From: Chloroflexota bacterium
GTDB taxonomy: Bacteria > Chloroflexota > Limnocylindria > Limnocylindrales > CSP1-4
Assembly: GCA_016200675.1 (NCBI GenBank)
Contig: JACQEH010000058.1
Location: 1-44,429 of the forward strand
Direction of reading: 5' to 3'
DNA length: 44,429 nt
Part shown: positions 18,911-28,250 of the stretch, piece by piece
Layout: every line of letters begins with the position of its first letter
How positions within the stretch are numbered: the first letter of the stretch is position 1
Notes under the pieces: model-generated
The model's database searches: none
Told to the model about the DNA's origin: nothing
The model's input: the letters and a program-made list of their open reading frames with translations, nothing else
Position numbers and translations under genes: made by a program

Positions 18911-18931
18911 CCGTCACTCGGCCTGGGGACC
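18911..18931 (+). repeat. 21-bp direct repeat, copy 1
   Basis: CCGTCACTCGGCCTGGGGACC; 20/21 identical to 22061-22081. Confidence 0.7.
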
Positions 18932-19024
18932 CCGAATCCCCGCGACCGCCGGAGCGCGACCGAGATCGAGGCAACGGCGACCACGGTCGCCAGGAGGAGC
19001 CCACACCCACGAAACGCCCGACGA

Positions 19025-20284
19025 TCAGGGCGCAAACGCCGCGAGAGACAGCCGGAGGACGGCGTCGTGGTACCCGTCGATAATCCACACCGCGCTCGAC
19101 GTCGCCACCATGTCACCGCCGCCGCCGAACGTCGTTCCGGGTATGAGAACGCGATCGACCGTGTTCGTCGCTTCATCGATCCGAACGAGCCTTCCCGTGG
19201 TCGGATCGCCGGTATCCACCGACACCCACGGAGCGCCGTCGATCACGGCGGGGTTGAAACCGGATCCTCCGAGATCAACCGTGGCGGCCAGCATGTTCGT
19301 CGACGGATCGATCCGGGCCATGACCGTCGATGCGGAGCAGCCGGTGACCCAGACGCCTGTCGCGGTCACCGCGATCCCGCCGCACGGAATGATCCCGGAC
19401 GGCACCTTGATCGTCTCCTGGACCAAATTCGTGACGGGATCGATTCGAACGAGGGAGGCGGCGTTTGGGACGTCCACCCAGATGCTCCCGAATCCGCTGG
19501 CCAGCCAGTTGGGACCGCTGGTGCCGGACGAGGCAAGAAAGACGGTGGTTGCGACGCGGTTCGTCGCCGGATCGACCCGGAGGACGGTGCCGCCGTGGAC
19601 GTCGGCGACCCAGACGGCGTCGGCGGTGGCGAGGACGCCCTTCGGGGCCAGGCCCGCCGCGATCTTCGATGCCACGGTGTTCCCTACCGGGTCCACGCGG
19701 TAGAGGGTCTGGGAGTCGTTGTCGGTTGCCCACAGACCGCCTGGACCCGCGGCCAATCCGTTGTACAGGTCGGCGGCCGAGCCAAGGGGGACGGAGGCCA
19801 CGACCACGTTTGTGACCGGGTCGATCCGATCGAGCCGGCCGCTCGCGAGGACCCAGACCGCGTCGTCGGTTGCCACGATGGCGATCGGTCCCTGCACGGG
19901 CACCCTGACCGCCGGTGCCAGGGCGAGCGGACTCGGGAGCGCCGCGCCGCTGGAAGCGGCTGGCGTCGGGATCGGTTTGGCGGTGGCGTCCGGCGACGCC
20001 GTGGACGTCGGCCGAAGGGCTCCGCCGGCAAGCCCGGCGGCGGTCGCGACGACCAGCAGCAGGGCAACGAGCCCGAGGACCAGTTGGGTGCGCGACCGCG
20101 TCGCGGCTCGCTCGCCGCCGATCGGTGCTGTCCGATGCCACGGGTACACCCGAACCTGACGGGTCCGCATCGTTTCCGTGAACGTATCCTCGAGGAGACG
20201 CGTCGGGGCACGCCCGGGCGCGACCGAGTGCATCCACGCCGTGAGCGCGCGGTCAACGTCGAGGTCGTCCGGCCGTTCGGTCAT
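19025..20284 (-). CDS. Single-TM protein with extracytoplasmic beta-propeller (Vgb/YncE-like); probable anti-sigma factor
   Basis: Short cytoplasmic N-terminus, one TM, repeated VWV...RIDPxTN blades; ATGA-coupled to the ECF sigma gene. Confidence 0.8.
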   Translation of the reverse strand: MTERPDDLDVDRALTAWMHSVAPGRAPTRLLEDTFTETMRTRQVRVYPWHRTAPIGGERAATRSRTQLVLGLVALLLVVATAAGLAGGALRPTSTASPDATAKPIPTPAASSGAALPSPLALAPAVRVPVQGPIAIVATDDAVWVLASGRLDRIDPVTNVVVASVPLGSAADLYNGLAAGPGGLWATDNDSQTLYRVDPVGNTVASKIAAGLAPKGVLATADAVWVADVHGGTVLRVDPATNRVATTVFLASSGTSGPNWLASGFGSIWVDVPNAASLVRIDPVTNLVQETIKVPSGIIPCGGIAVTATGVWVTGCSASTVMARIDPSTNMLAATVDLGGSGFNPAVIDGAPWVSVDTGDPTTGRLVRIDEATNTVDRVLIPGTTFGGGGDMVATSSAVWIIDGYHDAVLRLSLAAFAP

Positions 20285-20835
20285 GCCGATCTCCTCGCGA
20301 TCGGGGTCTTGCCGGATCGGTCGTCCGCATCGAGGGCGGCGCGCATCGCGGCGACGCCGTATCGAACTCGCGACTTCACCGTTCCGACGGGAACGCCGAG
20401 CGTCGCGGCGATCTCGGTATGGCTGAGGTCGGCGTAATGCTGGAGAACCAGGACGGTCCGTTGATCGAGCGGCAGTTGCCGGAAGGCACGCTCGATCCGA
20501 TCCGATTGCGCCAGCCCGGTCGACGTATCCGTCACGATGCGATCGCCCACGCTGTGGAGCGAGACCTCCGCGCGGCGGTGGACGCGGCGAGCCTCGTCAT
20601 AGCAGGCGTTGACGAGGAGCCGACGGAGCCAGGCATCGAAGCGGGCTGCATCTCGGAGCCGCGGGATCTCTCGCCACGCCCGGACGAACGCCTCCTGGGT
20701 GGCGTCGGCCGCTCGATCCGAGTCCCGCAGGATCAGGCACGCCAGGGCGTACAGCCGTGTCGTCGAGGCAGTCACGAGGGCCGCGAAGGCATCGTGGTTC
20801 CCACGCATGGCCTCGAGGACATCTCCTGTGCTCAT
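20281..20835 (-). CDS. ECF sigma-70 factor
   Basis: AADATQEAFVRAW, FDAWLRRLLVNAC, EIAATLGVPVGTVKSR. Confidence 0.93.
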   Translation of the reverse strand: MSTGDVLEAMRGNHDAFAALVTASTTRLYALACLILRDSDRAADATQEAFVRAWREIPRLRDAARFDAWLRRLLVNACYDEARRVHRRAEVSLHSVGDRIVTDTSTGLAQSDRIERAFRQLPLDQRTVLVLQHYADLSHTEIAATLGVPVGTVKSRVRYGVAAMRAALDADDRSGKTPIARRSA

Positions 20836-20905
20836 CGTCGGTGTAGCCGCCTTGCGGATCGGGAGCGGGGGTCTAGGGCTTAGTGTCCATCCGGCGTCGA
20901 TTGGT

Positions 20906-20944
20906 CGCGGGACGGCGGCGCCGCTTCGGTGCCACCGTCCCGCG
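20906..20944 (-). terminator. GC-rich hairpin after the TolB-like gene
   Basis: CGCGGGACGG...CCGTCCCGCG arms within an ~18-bp imperfect stem; no U-tract. Confidence 0.5.
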
Positions 20945-20958
20945 TTGACGGCTGGTGG

Positions 20959-21960
20959 TCAGTTGTTCTGGCTGCTGCCCCGTGGCTGCCAGGCAGGGAC
21001 GGCCTGCAGGCTTGAGTCCGACGTCAGGCGGTGCTGGCCGCTGCCATCGGCGTTCATGACGAAGATCGGCCGGTCGCTGCCGCCAGCGGCTCGGAAGTCG
21101 CGCAGGAACGCGATCATGCGCCCGTCCGGCGACCAGGCGGTGCCGAAGTCGTCACCACCCGCGCAGGGCGACGCGTCGGCGGGAGTGCACCCCGAGATCT
21201 GGTGCTGGCCGGTGCCGTCGGCGTTCATGACCCAGATCCCTCCGCTGCCGGACTGGCCGCTGTGGTAGGCGATCAGCGAACCATCCGGACTCCAGTCCGG
21301 GACCTGGTCCTTGGGATCGGCGCCGGACGTGAGCGGGTGCTGATTGCCGCCGTCGGCGTCCATGACCCAGACCTGCTCGTTGATGGGATCCCCGTCGGGT
21401 GTGGTGTCGTCGGCATGGCTGAAGACGATCTTCGTGCCGTCGGGCGACCAGGCCGGAGTGTCGTTGAAGCAGCCCGACCCGAAGCCGGCGCAGCTCGTCA
21501 GGGCGCGCGGGCCGGTGCCGTCCTTCGCCGACACGACGTAGATCTGGTCGGTGGCGTCGGACCCCTCGGTGCCGCCGAAGGCGATCAGGAGGCCGTCCGG
21601 CGAGAAGTCCGGGAAGGTCGCCCGCCCGCCGAGGTGGGTGAGCTGCTGCTGGCCCGTTCCGTTCGCCTTCATGGTCCAGATCTCGAAGTTCCCGCTGGAG
21701 TCGGCGCAGTATGCGATCGTGCGGCCGTCGCGAGAGTAGGCCGGACACAGGGCGTTGCCGGTCCCGGTCGTGAGCTGCTTGAGGCTCTTCCCGTCGGGCT
21801 GGACGGAGAAGATGTTGGCGCTCCCGTCGGCGGCGCGGACGCCGAAGGCGATCCGCCCGTCGGCGGCGCCACGGAAGGTCGCCAGGACGGTGCCGAGAGC
21901 GAGTGCCGTGATCCCGATGACGAGGCCAACGGCCAGGAGTACTGAGCGCTTGCGGAGCAT
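20959..21960 (-). CDS. Secreted TolB-like PD40-repeat beta-propeller
   Basis: Signal peptide; repeated P.WSPDG..IAF and WVM.ADG..Q..LT motifs. Confidence 0.9.
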   Translation of the reverse strand: MLRKRSVLLAVGLVIGITALALGTVLATFRGAADGRIAFGVRAADGSANIFSVQPDGKSLKQLTTGTGNALCPAYSRDGRTIAYCADSSGNFEIWTMKANGTGQQQLTHLGGRATFPDFSPDGLLIAFGGTEGSDATDQIYVVSAKDGTGPRALTSCAGFGSGCFNDTPAWSPDGTKIVFSHADDTTPDGDPINEQVWVMDADGGNQHPLTSGADPKDQVPDWSPDGSLIAYHSGQSGSGGIWVMNADGTGQHQISGCTPADASPCAGGDDFGTAWSPDGRMIAFLRDFRAAGGSDRPIFVMNADGSGQHRLTSDSSLQAVPAWQPRGSSQNN

Positions 21961-22060
21961 GGCGGAACCTCTGGTGGTGTCCACGGCCGACCCAGAAGAG
22001 ACGTTCGTCTGTGCGCCGCTCAGCCCTATGACGTCGGGCGGGGCCTGATCCGATCTAACT

Positions 22061-22081
22061 CCGTCAGTCGGCCTGGGGACC
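22061..22081 (+). repeat. 21-bp direct repeat, copy 2
   Basis: CCGTCAGTCGGCCTGGGGACC. Confidence 0.7.
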
Positions 22082-22229
22082 TCCTCCTCGGTCGCAGCGC
22101 GGCCGTGGACGAAGCGGAACGACCGGGGAGGTCGACGCTGGCGTCCGGGTGCGCCAGGAGGTCAAGCCACCACGCCGGCTCGGGATCGACCCAGCCGCTC
22201 ATCGCCATGGTGGCGAGGGTGTGCTGCAC
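22075..22229 (-). pseudogene. Internal fragment of a Ddn-type (deazaflavin-dependent nitroreductase) gene
   Basis: LATMAMSGWVDPEPAWWLDLLAHPDASVDL, then after a frame change VHGRAATEEEVPR. Confidence 0.6.
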
Positions 22230-22308
22230 GGGCCAGTCGTTCCGACCATTCGGCGTGGACGGCGGATGGCGGGAAGGAGCCCCGCCGGCGCCGGCCCGGA
22301 TCGAGGAG

Positions 22309-22625
22309 TCAGCGCGACGCGATCAGCGTGGCCAGGTCCTTCAGCGTGGCGTACGAGCCGCCGAGCACCTCCCGCTCGTTGAACCAGGCGAACCCTCGGA
22401 GGCCGTAGGCACGGGCCTGCGAGGCGGTGAACTCGAGCACCGTCGCCGACCCGCCACCCGTGTTCTCGCCGTCGGTCGCCATGCCGTGACTGGCGGCCAG
22501 CGAGGCGAGGTAGTGGACGGGTCGCCAGCTGACGGGACTGGCACTCGCGTCGTTCCCGAAGGGACAGTCCAGCCAGGTCATGGTCGGGACGATCCCGGAC
22601 ACGGCGGCGAGCGCGTCCACCTGCC
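22309..22625 (-). pseudogene. C-terminal fragment of an unidentified (possibly glycoside-hydrolase-like) gene
   Basis: Coding-like codon bias; GENTGG...QARAYGLRGFAWFNE; no credible 5' end. Confidence 0.4.
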
Positions 22626-22629
22626 GGGC

Positions 22630-22822
22630 GGGCCTAGATCAGGCCGGCGCGTCGTATGTGGTCGTGAGCACCAAGCAGTTCGACGATGGCTACACGCTGT
22701 ATGGACGCGAGATCTACGCGTGGCTCCAGGCGCGCGGCACGCCGGTGTACACCTTCGTGGGCCGGACGTACGGTCGCCTTGAGGTCTATCGGATCAGAGC
22801 GACCACGACACCAAGCGGCTGA
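22630..22822 (+). pseudogene. C-terminal fragment resembling a GT-C/ArnT-type glycosyltransferase tail
   Basis: ASYVVVSTKQFDDGY...YAWLQARGTPVYTFVGRTYGRLEVYRI; no credible 5' end. Confidence 0.4.
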
Positions 22823-22902
22823 CCTGCCGCCGGACCGCCTGCGGCCGGGACGTCGGCGCTTCCCCAGACGAGTCAACGGGCCAGTCCGCTAGGATCGCGG
22901 GC

Positions 22903-23538
22903 ATGCACCTCACGATCCTCGGTGGCACGGGTCGAATCGGCGGGCTCGTCGTCGAGCAGGCGCTCGCCGCGGGCCACGAGCTGACACTCCTCGTCCGCGA
23001 CCCGCACAAGGTCGCCGCCTCGGCGGGGCGGCTCAGGTTGGTGCCCGGGGTGGTCGCCAACCAGACGGCCACGGCCGAGGCCATCCGGGGCGCGGACGCG
23101 GTGATCAGTGCCCTCGCCCCCGACGACAACCGGGCGGATCAGGTGCCGGCCCTGCGGGCCGGCATGGAAACCGTCGTTGCCGTCATGCGCGAGGAGCGCG
23201 TCGAGCGCATCGTCAACCTCTCGGGCGCCGCCGTGGACGCGCCGGGCGACACCAAGCCCGCCCTGGACCGCGTCGCCGCACGGATCGTCCGTCTCGTGTC
23301 AGGCCACGTGGTGGCGGCCAAGCAGGCCGAGTTTGACGTCCTGCGGGCGTCGGACCTCGAGTGGATCGCCGTCCGGCCGCCACTCGTGGTCGATGGACCG
23401 CACACCCGCCGCTACCGCGCCGGGCTGGACGTCCTGCGACCAGGTGCGCGCATCTCCAGGGCGGACATCGCCGACTTCATGCTCGCCCAGGCCATCCGCC
23501 CGACGTTTGTCCGCCAGGCACCCTTCATCTGCTACTGA
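22903..23538 (+). CDS. NAD(P)-binding oxidoreductase, flavin reductase/BVR-B-like
   Basis: ILGGTGRIG, GHELTLLVRDP, SDLEWIAVRPP, ISRADIADFM; TAGGAT -10 box 7 nt upstream. Confidence 0.9.
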   Translation: MHLTILGGTGRIGGLVVEQALAAGHELTLLVRDPHKVAASAGRLRLVPGVVANQTATAEAIRGADAVISALAPDDNRADQVPALRAGMETVVAVMREERVERIVNLSGAAVDAPGDTKPALDRVAARIVRLVSGHVVAAKQAEFDVLRASDLEWIAVRPPLVVDGPHTRRYRAGLDVLRPGARISRADIADFMLAQAIRPTFVRQAPFICY

Positions 23539-23626
23539 GGCCGGACCGAACTGGGAGTTCGCTTGACCTGGAGGGTCTGCGCAGATAATGTGAGCGAGCA
23601 CTCACTTACATCACGGCGAGGTGGCC

Positions 23627-24574
23627 ATGTCCGTCCTGGCGACAACCGACCTGACCCGCCGGTTCGGCGCGATCATCGCCCTGGACCGACTCACGATGGA
23701 CCTTCCCTCGGCAGGCGTGATCGGCCTCGTGGGACCGAACGGTTCGGGCAAGTCCACCTTGATTCGTATCCTGCTGGGACTGATCAAGCCAACGGGCGGC
23801 AGCGCCTCGGTCCTTGGCTCGTCGATCTCCTCGCCACAGACCTATACGTCCCGGGTCGGCGTCCTCGTGGAGAGCCCGGCCTTCATCGGCAGCCTGTCGC
23901 CGCGAGCCAACCTCGTGTCCCTTGCGCGCCTGCGTGGCGTGCCACTCGAGCGCGTGGACGCGGTCCTGGCGCAGGTCGGCCTGATCGGCCGGGATCGCGA
24001 ACCGGTGAAGCGCTTCTCCCTCGGGATGAAGCAGCGCCTGGGCATCGCCGCGGCGCTGCTCTCGGATCCCGACCTCCTGATCCTCGACGAGCCCACCAAT
24101 GGCCTGGACCCGGCCGGGATCGTCGAGATCCGGGAGCTGCTCCGCCAACTCGGGCGGGCAGGACGCACGGTCATCGTTTCCTCGCACCAGCTTTCGGAGA
24201 TCGAGGCCGTCTGCGATCACCTCGTCATCGTCCGCTTCGGCGAGCTGATCTTCTCCGGGCCGATGAGCGAGGTGCTCAAGCGGACCCGCGAGCACATCGA
24301 CATCGCGGCCGAGCATGACGAGGCGACCCAGCCGCTCCTCGACGCACTCGTGGCAGACGGCTGGACGGTCTCCGCGTCAGACGGCGGCTTGCGGGTCGTG
24401 GCCGGGGCGTCGCGGGCTGCCGACCTGAATCGGGCCGCAACAGCGGCAGGCGTCACCCTCAGCCGGCTCGCCGTCGGGCAGGACAACCTCGAGGAGATCT
24501 TCCTGGCCATGACAGGACGGGTCGACGGCGAGCTGACGCGTGACCGGCACCTGACCGACGTCGAGGTGGCCTGA
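23627..24574 (+). CDS. ABC transporter ATP-binding protein (BcrA-like)
   Basis: GPNGSGKST, FSLGMKQRLG, LILDEPTNGLDP, SSHQL. Confidence 0.95.
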   Translation: MSVLATTDLTRRFGAIIALDRLTMDLPSAGVIGLVGPNGSGKSTLIRILLGLIKPTGGSASVLGSSISSPQTYTSRVGVLVESPAFIGSLSPRANLVSLARLRGVPLERVDAVLAQVGLIGRDREPVKRFSLGMKQRLGIAAALLSDPDLLILDEPTNGLDPAGIVEIRELLRQLGRAGRTVIVSSHQLSEIEAVCDHLVIVRFGELIFSGPMSEVLKRTREHIDIAAEHDEATQPLLDALVADGWTVSASDGGLRVVAGASRAADLNRAATAAGVTLSRLAVGQDNLEEIFLAMTGRVDGELTRDRHLTDVEVA

Positions 24575-25374
24575 TGCTCGCCGTGGTTCGCAGCGAGCTG
24601 ACGCGCCTGGGCCAGCCCCGTCTGCTCGCGATCTGGTTCGGCCTCATGGCCCTGTTTGCGGCGATGATCAACACGATCATGGTCACGTTCGTCTCCGGTG
24701 GCGGCAGCCTCCCGCCCGGAGCGCCCGGCGTTGCGTTCCCGACGCTTGCCGCGATGGAGAGCCCGTCCGGCCTGATGGCCGGCCTGGCCGCCGCGTCGAG
24801 CCTGTTCGGGGTCGTGACCCTCTCGTTCTGGGCGGTCGCGACGGCGGGCGACTACTACAGCAGCGGCCTCATCCGGCTCCTGGTCGCCGCCGAACCACGC
24901 AGGTGGCGCCTGCTCGCAGGCAAGATCATCGCGCTGCTCCTCGTCACCGCCGTCGCGACGACGGTCGCCGCCGTGGTCAACATCGCGGTGGCCATGCCGG
25001 CTGCGGGGGCGGCCGGCATCTCGACCGCCGCCTGGGGAACGGATCTCGGCGAGGTCGTTGGCACGGCGTGGATCAACCTCTACCTCGCCCTCGCCGTCTG
25101 GGGCGTGCTCGGACTCGTCATCGCGGTCCTCGCCCGCTCGGCGGCGGCCGCCATCTCGATCGGCGTCGGCTACCTCCTCGTCGTCGAGTCGATGATCAAG
25201 CTGGTGGGCGGGGCCCCATCGGACTGGCTGCTCGGTACGACCCTGAACGCGGTTGCGAGCGGCGGCACGGCAGCCATCGCCTATGGCACGGCAGTCGCGC
25301 TGGCGGTTGCCTATGTCACGCTTGGCTTGCTCCTGGCTGGCATCGTGTTCGTCCGACGGGACGTGACCGACTGA
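24574..25374 (+). CDS. ABC-2-type permease
   Basis: About 6 TM segments, EPRRWRLLAGK, C-terminal FVRRDV; TGATG overlap with the ATPase gene. Confidence 0.9.
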   Translation: MLAVVRSELTRLGQPRLLAIWFGLMALFAAMINTIMVTFVSGGGSLPPGAPGVAFPTLAAMESPSGLMAGLAAASSLFGVVTLSFWAVATAGDYYSSGLIRLLVAAEPRRWRLLAGKIIALLLVTAVATTVAAVVNIAVAMPAAGAAGISTAAWGTDLGEVVGTAWINLYLALAVWGVLGLVIAVLARSAAAAISIGVGYLLVVESMIKLVGGAPSDWLLGTTLNAVASGGTAAIAYGTAVALAVAYVTLGLLLAGIVFVRRDVTD

Positions 25375-25416
25375 GGGGCACGCTGGCCGAGCCGCCGATA
25401 ACGGCTTCGAGGTGGG

Positions 25417-26028
25417 GTGTTGACAAAGCGGGGCGAGGACACGCGAGCGAGACTCATTGAGGCGACGCGCCGCGTCGTCCGCGGCAAGGGCTACGCCCGT
25501 GCCTCGACCCGGGCGATCGCCCTGGCCGCCGGCGTGGCGGAGGGGACGATCTATCGCCATTTCCCAGACAAGTCCTCGCTGTTCTTGGCCGCCATCCTGG
25601 AAGCCAACGCGCCGCTCATCGCGTGGTTCACAAGCCTGCCGACGCGGGCAGGTCAGGACGAGGTCGAGGACAACCTCACGGACGCCGCGCTCCGTCTGGC
25701 GGGAATGCGCGACGCGATCATCCCGCTCGAGCTGGCGATCATGGCCGACCCCGAGCTGGCAGCTCAGCGCCGGGGAGCGTTGTCGGCGGCCGGATCGCTC
25801 CCCCCCGGACCTCCGGACGCCATCGCCAGCTACCTCGCCGCCGAGCAGCGACTCGGGCGCGTCCGCCCGGATGTTGACCCGCGAGAAGCCGCGATCGTCA
25901 TCCTCGCGGTGCTTTTCGGACTCGTTGCCGACCCCTCGTTCGGAGACGGAAGCCTGGGGCGGGAACGCCTTTCGGCTGCGATGCGACTCATCGTTCGCGG
26001 GATCGAGCCGCCCGTTGCCCTGGCATGA
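25417..26028 (+). CDS. TetR/AcrR-family regulator
   Basis: STRAIALAAGVAEGTIYRHFPDK. Confidence 0.93.
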   Translation: MLTKRGEDTRARLIEATRRVVRGKGYARASTRAIALAAGVAEGTIYRHFPDKSSLFLAAILEANAPLIAWFTSLPTRAGQDEVEDNLTDAALRLAGMRDAIIPLELAIMADPELAAQRRGALSAAGSLPPGPPDAIASYLAAEQRLGRVRPDVDPREAAIVILAVLFGLVADPSFGDGSLGRERLSAAMRLIVRGIEPPVALA

Positions 26029-26279
26029 TCGCCCCGCGGGTCAGGCGTCACGGGAAAGCATCGGCATCGCTTGCCGGCCGTAGCCGAAGCGGGAGCGTGA
26101 TCGCGATCGCGTGCTCGCCCTCGCCGGCGAGCGCTTCCTCGAGCGTGGCGAGCGGTATGCGGCCGATCGGGCAGGCTGCCGAGCATGCTCACCGCGGCCT
26201 CAGCTGGAGGTGACGGCCCGACAGGACGGCATGGCCCCGACGTCCCGCCGACCTGTCGGCCCGCTCTGCCCTCGTGACT

Positions 26280-26570
26280 TTATGTACGCCGCGCTCGCCC
26301 CCAGCCCGGACGCAGCGGCGGCAGGTCCGTGCCGCGTGGATCGCGGGGCAGCCGGTGCTCACCGTCGTCGCCGTCCCAACGACGGCCGTACTGGTCCGGG
26401 ATCGCACCCCAGCCCCAATAGGCGAGCGCGAAGGCGTCGTCGATCGCGGTGGCGAGCGCGGCGAACGTGTGGCTCAGGGCCGCCGCGAAGATCCGTCCGG
26501 GTCGCGGCCACATGCGCTCCCCGCGACCCTCAACGAGGTCGACGCGGATCGACAACCAGGTTCGGGTCAT
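26280..26570 (-). pseudogene. pRiA4b ORF-3-like protein with probable in-frame internal deletion
   Basis: N-terminal TWLSIRVDLVEGRG..WPRPGRIFAA..SHTF..LA.AIDDAFA joined directly to C-terminal YWGWG.IPDQYGRRW; the central region I recall in this family is absent. Confidence 0.55.
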
Positions 26571-26583
26571 CGGCAAGCCTTCC

Positions 26584-27984
26584 TCATCCCAGCAGAGCCA
26601 GGAGCACGCCCGCCGGCACGGTCAGAACTTTCCGGTCGAGCTCCACGTCCCGCCGGCTCACCATGATCCCCTGTCCGAACGCCTTGGTCATGCTCTCGTA
26701 GTCCTTGCCAGTGCGGTGCGCGGCGTACTTGGACTCGACCGCGACGAGGGCGGGCTCCGTGACCAGGAAGTCGACCTCCCGGCCATCGGCGCTGCGCCAG
26801 TAGTACAGGTGATCGGGGTGCGCGAAACCCTCGAGCGCCGCCCGGTCCGCCCGGTGGAGCGCGATCGCGAGCGCATTCTCCACGAGCGGCCCCTCGGAGG
26901 GTGCCGGGCCCCCGAGCAGGCCCGGGATCGCGGCCAGTGCCGGGTCGCCCAGATACAGCTTGCGCGGCCGGCGCAGGGCCGGTCCGTCCTGGCGCTTGGC
27001 GTCGCGCTGGTAGAGGGCGATCAGGGCGAACGACGCCGCGAGGACGTCGACGTAGGCGCCCGCGGTGGGGCGGCTGACGTCAAGCTCGTGCGCAAGCGTC
27101 CCGGTGTCGGTCATCGACGACAGCCCGACAACGGTCCGCGCCAACAGCTTGCGCAGTGTGAGGGCGTCGCGTGAGAGGCGGCGAGCGTCGGCCGAGAGCC
27201 CGCGCCAGAGCTCGGTCACGGTGCCGTCCGCGACACGCCCGTCGAGGAGCATATCGGTCACCGGAGCCGGCAGACCGCCGCAGCGGACGTACTCGGTCAG
27301 GTATTGGTCGAGCTCGGCCGTGCGCAGGCTCGCCGTGTCGACGAGCCTGCGGCCATCGGGCGCGAGGAGCTGCGCCAGAGTTGGCCGAGCCTCGGGCAGC
27401 GCAGCCGGGTTCCGGGCGGCCACGTAGTCCCGAAAGCTCATCGGCATGTGCAGCCGGTCCAATGGACGATGCCATCTTCCACGCCGGCCGTGGAGGAGGT
27501 CCGCCGAGGCGGCGAGGTCGTACGCGGAGGACCCGGTGAGCAGCACCGTTGCGGACCGGAACGTGCGGTCGTGTTCGCGCAGGTAGACGATCGGCCGCGC
27601 CCAATCGCGGACGAAGGTCAGCTCGTCGAGGACAAACAGCCAATCACCCGCTGCATCGGGCCAGAGGCGCAGCACGAGCTCGATCGCCTCGCGGAGCTCG
27701 TCGGCGGTCTCGATGGTCTGGAGCGTGAGGAAGCAGGTCCGGCGGGCATGACCGGCGGTGACCCGCTCGGCGATGAGGCGCTTGACCAGGGTCGTCTTGC
27801 CACTCTGACGCAGACCCCGGAGGGTGAACACCGCGCCCGAGGTGAGGTCATCGGTGTCGAACGGGCGGGGATCCCAGCGGAACGGTGCGGCCTCGGCGGC
27901 GGCGAGGTGCAGGTCGTCGGCCGGCTGCCACGCCGGATTGATCCACCAGGGGTTCAAGGCGTTGACCTGGTCGCGTGTCAGCAT
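26584..27984 (-). CDS. AAA+ ATPase (AAA_14) with C-terminal DUF4143 / PD-(D/E)xK-like domain
   Basis: NPWW, Walker A GLRQSGKTT, LDEL, LTGSS, GGLP, KLYLGDP, YYWRS...EVDF...VESKY; TAAACT -10 box 6 nt before ATG 27984. Confidence 0.9.
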   Translation of the reverse strand: MLTRDQVNALNPWWINPAWQPADDLHLAAAEAAPFRWDPRPFDTDDLTSGAVFTLRGLRQSGKTTLVKRLIAERVTAGHARRTCFLTLQTIETADELREAIELVLRLWPDAAGDWLFVLDELTFVRDWARPIVYLREHDRTFRSATVLLTGSSAYDLAASADLLHGRRGRWHRPLDRLHMPMSFRDYVAARNPAALPEARPTLAQLLAPDGRRLVDTASLRTAELDQYLTEYVRCGGLPAPVTDMLLDGRVADGTVTELWRGLSADARRLSRDALTLRKLLARTVVGLSSMTDTGTLAHELDVSRPTAGAYVDVLAASFALIALYQRDAKRQDGPALRRPRKLYLGDPALAAIPGLLGGPAPSEGPLVENALAIALHRADRAALEGFAHPDHLYYWRSADGREVDFLVTEPALVAVESKYAAHRTGKDYESMTKAFGQGIMVSRRDVELDRKVLTVPAGVLLALLG

Positions 27985-28150
27985 CATCGGAGTTTACTCG
28001 ATGGCAGGGCTTCCGGCCAGTCCGCTTATCAGGACAAGGGGGCTTCGAGACCCGAATTGGGACGCTGAGGTGCCGGCGGTGCAAGGTCGGGCCGACTGGA
28101 AGAGCCTCCGCGCGCCGATCCCGAGCACGAATTGCGGCGACTGGAGGATC

Positions 28151-28167
28151 TGGTCGGGGCGAGAGGA
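28151..28167 (-). repeat. att-like duplicate of the tRNA-Pro(CGG) 3' end
   Basis: TGGTCGGGGCGAGAGGA is identical to 30024-30040, the last 17 nt of the tRNA including CCA. Confidence 0.9.
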
Positions 28168-28250
28168 GACAAGCCGCCGCAGAGACCTCTTTGTCCCGGT
28201 TGCTTGGCCGCTCCGGTGCCAGGTGATGCGGGTGGGCGTGCCCCGCGGCA

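Noticed and set aside
26029..26279. Third att copy closing the second cassette
   Set aside because: No match to the tRNA 3' end was found by eye here or further left, so the left boundary is undefined.
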